Shown here piece by piece: positions 53,816 through 62,200 of a stretch of 64,000 bases of DNA; position 1 is the first letter of the stretch, and each line of letters starts with the position of its first letter. Origin of the DNA: Bacteroidales bacterium (GTDB lineage Bacteria > Bacteroidota > Bacteroidia > Bacteroidales > WCHB1-69); assembly GCA_017962845.1 (NCBI GenBank), contig JAGCUN010000015.1, positions 84,539 to 148,538 on the forward strand. Direction: 5' to 3'. The position numbers and the translations under genes are program-made. The notes below the pieces were generated by a model. That model was given only the letters and a program-made list of their open reading frames with translations, was not told where the DNA came from and did no database searches.

Positions 53816-55321
53816 ATGAAAGAAGAGCAGAACATGAACATGAATCAGATTGCGGCTTATCTCAAGAAATCTCCTAAAGATTTTACAAAAGCCGACATGA
53901 TTCGATTTGTTGAAGAAAATGATATTCAGATGGTCAATTTCCGCTATGTGGCAGGAGATGGACGTATCAAGACACTGAATTTCGTGCTCAATGACCACGA
54001 TTATCTCGAACAGATTCTCTCCTGTGGCGAGCGTGTCGACGGATCCAACATATTCCCCGACTTTATTCATGCCGACTCTAGCGACATGTATGTCATCCCG
54101 CGTTTTTGTACTGCATTCGTGGATCCCTTCGCTACCATACCTACCCTCTCTTTCCTGTGCTCCTATTTTAATAAGGACGGACTCCCGATGGAAAACTCTC
54201 CGGAATACATTCTCCGCAAAGCTGTAAAATCATTCAAGCAGGTTACGGGTTATGACTTCCAAGCTATGGGTGAGCTTGAATATTATGTAATTGGTGATAA
54301 AGACGAACTATACCTCACCCCCGACCAGAAGGGTTACCACGAGTCGGCACCTTTCGCCAAATTCGAGGAATTCCGCACCCAGTGTATGCTCTACATTTCA
54401 CAGGTGGGTGGACTCATCAAATATGGACACTCCGAAGTGGGTAACTTTACGCTTGATGATAAAATTTATGAACAAAATGAAATAGAATTTCTCGTTACGG
54501 ACGTACAGGATGCAGCTGATCAGTTGGTGTTAGCCAAGTGGATTATCCGAAACCTTGCCTACCAGTACGGTCTCGATGTGACCTTCGCCCCCAAAATCAC
54601 CACAGGCAAAGCAGGCAGCGGTCTCCATATTCACACCCGTATTGTGAAAGATGGCAAGAATCAGATGGTGACCAAAGGAAAACTCAATTCTATCGCCAAG
54701 AATGCCATTGCCGGTTATATGACTTGCGCCTCTTCGCTCACCGCTTTCGGAAATACAAATCCCACGTCCTATTTCCGCTTGGTGCCGCATCAAGAAGCCC
54801 CAACTTCCATCTGCTGGGGAGACCGTAACCGCTCGGTGCTTGTACGAGTGCCGCTCGGATGGACCAGCGCCAAGGACATGGTCGCGTTGGCCAACCCCAA
54901 GGAAAAAGCCAATAATGTGGACCATTCACAAAAACAGACCGTTGAGTTCAGATGCCCCGATGGCTCTGCTGACATCTACCTCTTGCTGGCTGGTCTCGTC
55001 GTGGCCGCCCGCCATGGTTTCGAAATGGAGAAACCACTCGAATTAGCCGCCGCTACCTATGTGGATATCAATATCCATAGACCCGAACATAAGGCACGCC
55101 TCGAAACGCTTGCCCAACTCCCCGCCTCCTGTTCCGAGTCAGCAGACCAACTTTCCATCCATAGAAGCATTTTTGAGAAATATGGCGTTTTCAATGCCGA
55201 TATGATCGACGATATTATCAAGCAGCTTAAATCTTACAAAGATGCTGATATCCGTCAGCGCATCGAAAAGAACCCGCAACTGATGATGGATATCGTAAAA
55301 GAGCATTTCTATTGCGGATAA
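53816..55321 (+). CDS. glnA: Glutamine synthetase family protein
   Basis: 501-aa ORF with GS catalytic-domain patterns (GSGLHIHT, NRSVLVRVP, EFRCPDGSADIYLLLAGLVVAARHG). Confidence 0.85.
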   Translation: MKEEQNMNMNQIAAYLKKSPKDFTKADMIRFVEENDIQMVNFRYVAGDGRIKTLNFVLNDHDYLEQILSCGERVDGSNIFPDFIHADSSDMYVIPRFCTAFVDPFATIPTLSFLCSYFNKDGLPMENSPEYILRKAVKSFKQVTGYDFQAMGELEYYVIGDKDELYLTPDQKGYHESAPFAKFEEFRTQCMLYISQVGGLIKYGHSEVGNFTLDDKIYEQNEIEFLVTDVQDAADQLVLAKWIIRNLAYQYGLDVTFAPKITTGKAGSGLHIHTRIVKDGKNQMVTKGKLNSIAKNAIAGYMTCASSLTAFGNTNPTSYFRLVPHQEAPTSICWGDRNRSVLVRVPLGWTSAKDMVALANPKEKANNVDHSQKQTVEFRCPDGSADIYLLLAGLVVAARHGFEMEKPLELAAATYVDINIHRPEHKARLETLAQLPASCSESADQLSIHRSIFEKYGVFNADMIDDIIKQLKSYKDADIRQRIEKNPQLMMDIVKEHFYCG

Positions 55322-55328
55322 AAACTTA

Positions 55329-55856
55329 ATGATCAAATCTATGCCAACAGCCATCATCATTATCATCGCCATTGTGCCTTCGCTGATTCTTGCGGCTACA
55401 GCCTATCTTATCATTCGCTATTTCATTGAAAATGACCAGAAAAAGCGCATCCTTGAATTGAAGTATGAATCACAATCCCACGTACTACCGATGCGCCTCC
55501 AAGCTTATGAGAGAATGGCTATGTTCCTTGAACGCATCGAGCCCAACCAGCTCATATTCAGAGTCAATAACCCAGAACTTACGGCCTACCAGATGCAAAC
55601 AATCTTACTGGCCACGATCCGTAGTGAATACGAACACAACTTGTCCCAGCAGATTTATATTTCTGCTGAGGTGTGGGATGCCATCAAAAACGCTAAAGAA
55701 CGAGTGGTCAACATTATCAACCTCTCCGCTGGCAAACTGCCCGATGGGGCTATGGCTACAGACCTTCATACCCAAATCTTTGAGGCCGTGGCCGAAAACT
55801 CTCCAACCGCTACCGCCATGCAACGACTAAAAAAGGAAATAAGCCTCCTTTATTAG
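55329..55856 (+). CDS. Hypothetical membrane-anchored protein
   Basis: 175-aa ORF with the N-terminal transmembrane helix AIIIIIAIVPSLILAATAYLII. No recognisable motif. Confidence 0.5.
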   Translation: MIKSMPTAIIIIIAIVPSLILAATAYLIIRYFIENDQKKRILELKYESQSHVLPMRLQAYERMAMFLERIEPNQLIFRVNNPELTAYQMQTILLATIRSEYEHNLSQQIYISAEVWDAIKNAKERVVNIINLSAGKLPDGAMATDLHTQIFEAVAENSPTATAMQRLKKEISLLY

Positions 55857-55900
55857 TTATATATATACATATTTCTTTTTGTTGAAATATGATACGGATA

Positions 55901-55935
55901 CATGCTCCCCTCTGAAGGGGGAGCATGTTTTTTTT
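55901..55935 (+). terminator. Rho-independent terminator
   Basis: CATGCTCCCC, loop tctgaag, then GGGGAGCATG (10-bp perfect stem), followed by T8. Confidence 0.85.
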
Positions 55936-56034
55936 CGGGGAGAAAAAATTGCAAAAAAAATTTATCAAAAAAGGGGTGTTAATTAAAATCAAAGTAAAAT
56001 TTGTAAATTCTTGAATAAGAAAAAAATAGGAAAT

Positions 56035-56055
56035 TGTTGAAAACCTGTTGAAAAG
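56035..56055 (+). promoter_or_regulatory. Direct repeat of TGTTGAAAA (2 copies, 12-nt period) upstream of the giant surface-protein gene
   Basis: aatTGTTGAAAAccTGTTGAAAAgtc. The same 9-mer recurs at 3109 and four times in 14384-14508. Confidence 0.3.
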
Positions 56056-56126
56056 TCATTTTTTGTTAGAAACCACAATGATTTCAAAAAAAATAATGGA
56101 AGTGAATGTACATCGAGAAATTTTTG

Positions 56127-56134
56127 TATTTTTG
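56127..56134 (+). promoter_or_regulatory. Bacteroidota -7 box TATTTTTG (distal candidate promoter of the giant gene)
   Basis: Exact TAnnTTTG match 158 nt upstream of the ATG at 56293. Confidence 0.4.
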
Positions 56135-56235
56135 CAAGTTCATATATTAAAACGAAAAATAGGGTTTGAATTTTGAATTCGACTGAAACATTTATTGGAA
56201 AAACGAGTATAACTGATTTAATATCAGTGTAGTTA

Positions 56236-56243
56236 TAAATTTG
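56236..56243 (+). promoter_or_regulatory. Bacteroidota -7 box TAAATTTG (proximal candidate promoter of the giant gene)
   Basis: Exact TAnnTTTG match 49 nt upstream of the ATG at 56293. Confidence 0.4.
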
Positions 56244-56292
56244 AATTTTGGAAAGAAAATAAAAATAAATAGTAATAATTAAATTCTAAGCA

Positions 56293-59200
56293 ATGAAAAA
56301 ATTTACGATTTTTTTCCTGATGGTGTTCATGTTTTTAGGATATCAGGCAAAATGCGAGACGGTTTTGGTGTCGTCGGGAGACGATGCGACCGCCGGTCGT
56401 AACCATGCCTCCTGGATTTTACACCATGGTAGTGTCACTCCGAATGCCTCGGGAATGATTGCTTCTGATTATACAAGCCGCTCAGGCGGAGTGTATGAGA
56501 CCAGTCGTGTGAATGCCACACAGAGCTTGCAGGTGCATATCGAAGGTCCTTCGTATGCCTGCTCCTCAGCAATGGTGACATTGCATGCAGTTGTGTCTGA
56601 CGATCCCGTCACGGCCAACACCACTTACTCCTATACTTGGATGAGTAGTACCAACCATGGTGCCGGTTATAGCGGCGCCGCGGGTGCTACCAACAACCAG
56701 GAGCTCGTGGTCAACATGTCAAGCACTAGTCCTGTCATGTATTACAAGGTGATCGTACAGCGCTACGAGGCAGGTGCCTGCCAGGGTCCCGCCGACACAT
56801 CGGCTGTGTTCACCCTCACCCGCGTGGCGCGTGGCACCGTTACCGTAACGGCCGCCCCGACTACGGCATGCTCCCAACAAACCCTGACCGCCACCACCAA
56901 CAGTCCCGCAATGGTGGCAAGATGGATTTGGTTGAAGGACGGTAACTATATTGCCAACACCGGAACCAACAACACGTATGTGGCTACCGCAGCCGGTAAC
57001 TATAAGGCCGTGGCTGAGTATGAGGGTTCGGATATGTGTAACGATACCTCCGAAGCAGTAACTGTGAGCTTCTCGGCTTCTATACTTCATCTTGCAGCCT
57101 CAAATGCCACGGGGCTCCCTGCTCCCATGGGCAATGACTTTGTCTGTCTTGGAGGTCAAGTGCGCTTAAAAGCAACCAACGGTGCAGCTCCTTATAGCTT
57201 CTATCGCGGTACCACCCTCATCGGTACTTCCAACGACTCCATCTTTGATGTTCCCCCTACTGCAGGAACCATTACCTATTCTGTAGTTGATGCAGGTGGC
57301 TGCTCCGCAGATACCACCTTTACCGTTTTGGATGGTGCAGGGATAGAAATTTATTCCAATTCAGGTACGCATTTCTGCCAGCCCACCTCCATCGCTCTTA
57401 CCATTTTTTCATCAGCAACGCAGTTCAATGCTCTGGGCCCCGATGCCTATCATTGGATAAAAGATGGTAATGTATGGTCTGATGGTACTTCCATTTCAAC
57501 GTTCTCATCAGCTGTTCCCTCCATCAGCGATGCGCCGCATACTTATACTCTCGAAATCTATGATCCCGGCCGTAACTGTTTTTACAGAAGTAATACTCTT
57601 GAAATCTATGTTTATCCCCAACCGACTGCCACTTTGATCGCCGATTCAGTATGCTCAGGTAATGCAGCTACTTTGACCGTTGAGACGGATGGCTATTTGG
57701 GAGATAACCCCACTTATACTTGGAGCACCAATGCTCACGGAACGACAGCAACAGCTGTTACGGACGAACTCACCAGTGACGCTACAGTTAGTGTCACCAT
57801 TGTCGGTCTCACCCCCACTCAGTCATGCTCCGTTACAGCTTCCACCACCGTCAAGGTTGTGAACACCGTGGCATCCGGCGAAATTACCGCCGAACCCGCC
57901 CTGGTCTGCAACGGCGACTCTGTGCTGTTCTCAGCCGAGGCGATCGGTGCAGGCTTCACCAACCCCACCTACACTTGGGGAGGTGACGCCAGCGGCAGCG
58001 CTGCTACCGCCCTCGTCACAGGAGTGACCGCTCCGGTGACTGCCACCGTGACCGTCACGGGCGGCGACGCACCGTCCACCGCATGCTCGGTGACCGCCAC
58101 CAAGACCGTCGAGGTGACTACCGCACTGCCCACCGCAGCCAGCGTGACCATCCACACCTACCTCCAAGGTCAGCCCGTGGATGCACTTGGTGCTTGTATC
58201 GGTGGTGCCATTGATGTGGTCGCCACGGGAATCACCCCCAGCGATGAGTATATATATACATGGTATAGAAACGGTATCGAACTTCCTGCCCACGACACGG
58301 CCTTCACCGACAACCTTGAAGACCTCGGCGAAGCTGATCCGTTCTATTCATTGATCTATACTCTCGTCATCTCCCATATCAACGGTTGTGGTTCGGTGTC
58401 AGTAGAAAGCGATACCTTGGGCGTCTTCACTCCCGGTGAGATCACCCTCAGCAGCGACCGCCGTGTCTGCTCGGGCACTGATGTCACCGTCGTGGCCATG
58501 AGTCCTTACCTCCCCATTATCGGTGCTCAATATGCTTGGTTTTTGGATGGAAATGAAGTCACAGGACCCACCATGGGGCCAGGTTATAGTACACAACTCT
58601 TCTCCGCAGCTGATGGCTTGACCGCTCAGTTGGCTCCCCATGTTATCACTGCAGTGGCTTATTACGACCCGATGACCTATGCCGGTTGTACCGCATTGGC
58701 TTCCGCTACTATCGAGATTCAAGTCGATACGCTGCCGACGGTTAGAATCGTGGCAAGCGACTCCGTCCTTTGCGAAGATGGTGAGGTTACCTTGACTGCT
58801 ATCCCCTCCACTGACGATATTCCTGCAGTAGTTTATGCTTGGAATACTCTCGACTCTACTGCCACCATCACTGTTGATGCTGCTGGTACCTACGTGGTCA
58901 ACCTCACTCAAATTTATTCGAACCCCTCTTGTACCGCTACCGCTTCTTACGAGGTGAAGACCGCTACCAAGCCCACCGTTACTCTCGCTGCCGATCACGA
59001 CACCATCTGCTCTGGCACTCAGGTCACACTGACCGCCACCGCCACTTTCGATCCCGCAGCTGGCGACTCTACCTATACTTGGTATAGAAACGGTGTTGAA
59101 ATCGCTACCACCACCACGAACACTTATACTGAAAGCCTGACCACTGGTGCGCAGGTTTCTACATATATATATAATGTAGTAGCTGGACAGACCACCAGCG

Positions 59201-62200
59201 GCTGTGTTTCTGAACCCGCCGCCGATACGGTTAGCGTTTATCCTGCTCCTACGGTTATGATCAACGGTGACAATATTCTTTGTTCCGCTGGTACAGTTAA
59301 TCTGACTGCTGAAGCTAACGATACTATTGCTGGTGTTACTTACACCTATTCTTGGAGATTGGATAATGCTTCTGTAGGTACAGGTAAAACTTATAGTACT
59401 GCTCTCTCTCTCCGCGACAATCCGTACATCTTTACGGTTCAGATCACCAATGAAGCTACTGGATGTGTCACTACCAGCGCAGAGTTCCCGGTTTATGTTG
59501 ACACGCTTGGTAGCATTACCGTTAACGCTTCTGAAGCTGAAATCTGCGTAGGTGGAGATGTGGTCTTGACCACCACCTTCCTCGGTTCTTCTAATAACGA
59601 TATTATTTATCAGTGGTATCACACTGCCATCGATGACGCCAATATAATTGCTGGTGCTAATGCCAACACTTATACTGCCACAAATGTTACTACAGCTACC
59701 ATTTATTACTTGCAAGCTACTCAGATCTCTACTTCTTGTGCAGTGAGCGGATATGCTAAAGTTGAAGTTAGCGCAGTTCCTAGTGTAACTCTTGCACTGA
59801 ACTCTGCCGAAACGATTTGTTCTGGTGGACAAGCTTCACTCACCGCTACTGCTACTCAAGGTGTATCAGGAATTCCTTATACTTACACTTGGTATAGAAA
59901 TGGTGTTGAAATTGACGGCGCTAACGGAGCTTCTCTTACCGAGACCCTTACCGCCGAAAATACAAGCACGATTTATGCTTACACAGTGGTTGCTTCCCAG
60001 GAAGCCAGCGGCTGTGAGTCTCAGCCCAGCGATCCCAAGAAAGTGACCGTGGTTCCCGCTCCTTCTGTTTCAATTGAAGGTGATGCTTTGATTTGCGCTG
60101 TTCCGGGTACGGTTACCTTGACGGCTAACATCAATGATACGATTTCTGGTGTGACTTACAATTATCAGTGGAGAAGAAACAATGCTGATATCGCTGGTGC
60201 CACCACCGCTACCCTTTCTGATGCGGTGACTTACCAAGAGGAACCGTATATTTATACAGTGGAAGTTGAAAATACCACCACGGGTTGCCGCACTATCAGT
60301 GAAGCTTATCCGGTGTATGTCGATACCCTTGCAGGTGTTGTGGTCTCAGCAGATGATACCATCATTTGTCAAGGTGGTGATGTGGTTCTTACCGCTAATC
60401 TCGTTGACAACAATGCCCAGAACCTCACTTATCAGTGGTATAGCGACGATAGCTACACCCAGCCGATTGCTGGCGCTACACAAAGCGAGCTCACGGTTCA
60501 GAACGTGACCGCCACCACTACATATGGCGTGGTTGTTACTCAATCTACCACGGGTTGCAGCGTTAAGAGTAACCGTGAAATCACGGTCAACAATGATCCT
60601 CTCGTTGAGAGCGTGACCATCACTCCTGCTGCTGATACCGTGTGTACAGGTACTGCCATTACCGTTGAAGCTACTATGAATACGGGTACTGGTTATGGCG
60701 ACGGCACTGATTACACCTACACTTGGTACAGAAATGGTGTTGAGGTGGCTGGTGCTAACGCTGCTACTCTGAATGATGTGGTTACCGCAGAAGGCATCAT
60801 CACTCCTTATATCTATACCGTGGTCGCTACTCAGGCTTCCAGCGGCTGTGCCTCTACGGTTGCTAAGTATGACACGGTCAAGGTGGTTCCGATGCCGACA
60901 GTGGCAATCAATGGAGACAACCTCCTTTGCGCAGCAGGTACGGTCAATCTGACAGCTGTTGCTAATGATACTATTCCGGGTGTTGCTTACACCTATTCTT
61001 GGAGAATGGATAATGTGACTGTTGGTACAGGAAATACCTATAGCACCACTCTCGATCTCCGCGATAATCCTTATATCTTTACGGTTCAGATTACCAATGC
61101 CACTACGGGTTGCACTGCTACCAGCGGTGAATTTCCGGTCTATGTTGACTCTCTCGGCAACATCACGGTTAGTGCTTCTGAAACCGAAATCTGCGAAGGC
61201 GGTGATGTCGTTCTGACCACTACCTTCTTGGGTGCTGCTAATTCAGATATCGTTTATGAATGGTACACCGGCTCCATCAGTCCTACTACCTTGATTTTGG
61301 GAGCAAGCGACAATACTTATACTGCTTCTAATGTCACCACGACTACTACTTATTATGTACAAGCTACCCAAATTTCTACTGGCTGTGTGGTCAACGGTAA
61401 TGTGAAGGTGAATGTCAATCAGGATCCGAAGCCTGTACTTACTATGACAACTCCGGAAGTGATTTGCTCCGGCACGCAGGCTTCCTTCACCGTTACTTCT
61501 TCTCTCGGTGTGGATGGTATGCCGTATACCTATACTTGGTATAGAAACGGTGTTGAGATTGAGGGTGCTACTGTCGCTTCTCTTACCGAAGAACTCACCA
61601 CCGAAGGTGAAAGCACGCTCTATTCTTACACTGTTGTGGCTTCACAGGATGCTAGCGGTTGTGTGTCTCAACCCAGCGATCCCCAGAAAGTGACTGTGGT
61701 TCCCGCTCCTTCTGTTTCAGTTGAAGGCGACGCTTTGATTTGCTCTGATCCAGGTACTGTTACTTTGACCGCCCATATCAATGATACGGTGTCGGGAATG
61801 ACCTATAATTATCAGTGGAGAAGAAACAATGCTGATATCGCGGGTGCTACCAGCGCCACGATGACGGAGACGGTTACTTTGCAGGATGAGCCTTATCTCT
61901 ATACAGTGGAAGTGGTGAACCTCACTACGGGTTGCCGCACTATCAGCGAAGAATATCCTGTGTATGTGGATACTTTCGCAAGCGTTATTGTTACGGTTGA
62001 TGATTCAGTTATCTGTAATGGCGGTGAGGTTACGCTGACTGCTAATATTGGTAACTATAACACTCAAAATCTTACCTACCAGTGGTTTGATGATGCAACT
62101 TATACCCACGCTATCCCGGGTGCTACCCAGCGTGAACTCACGGTTCAGAATCTTACCACTACTACCACTTACGGAGTCCAAGTGGTTCAAACTACTACGG

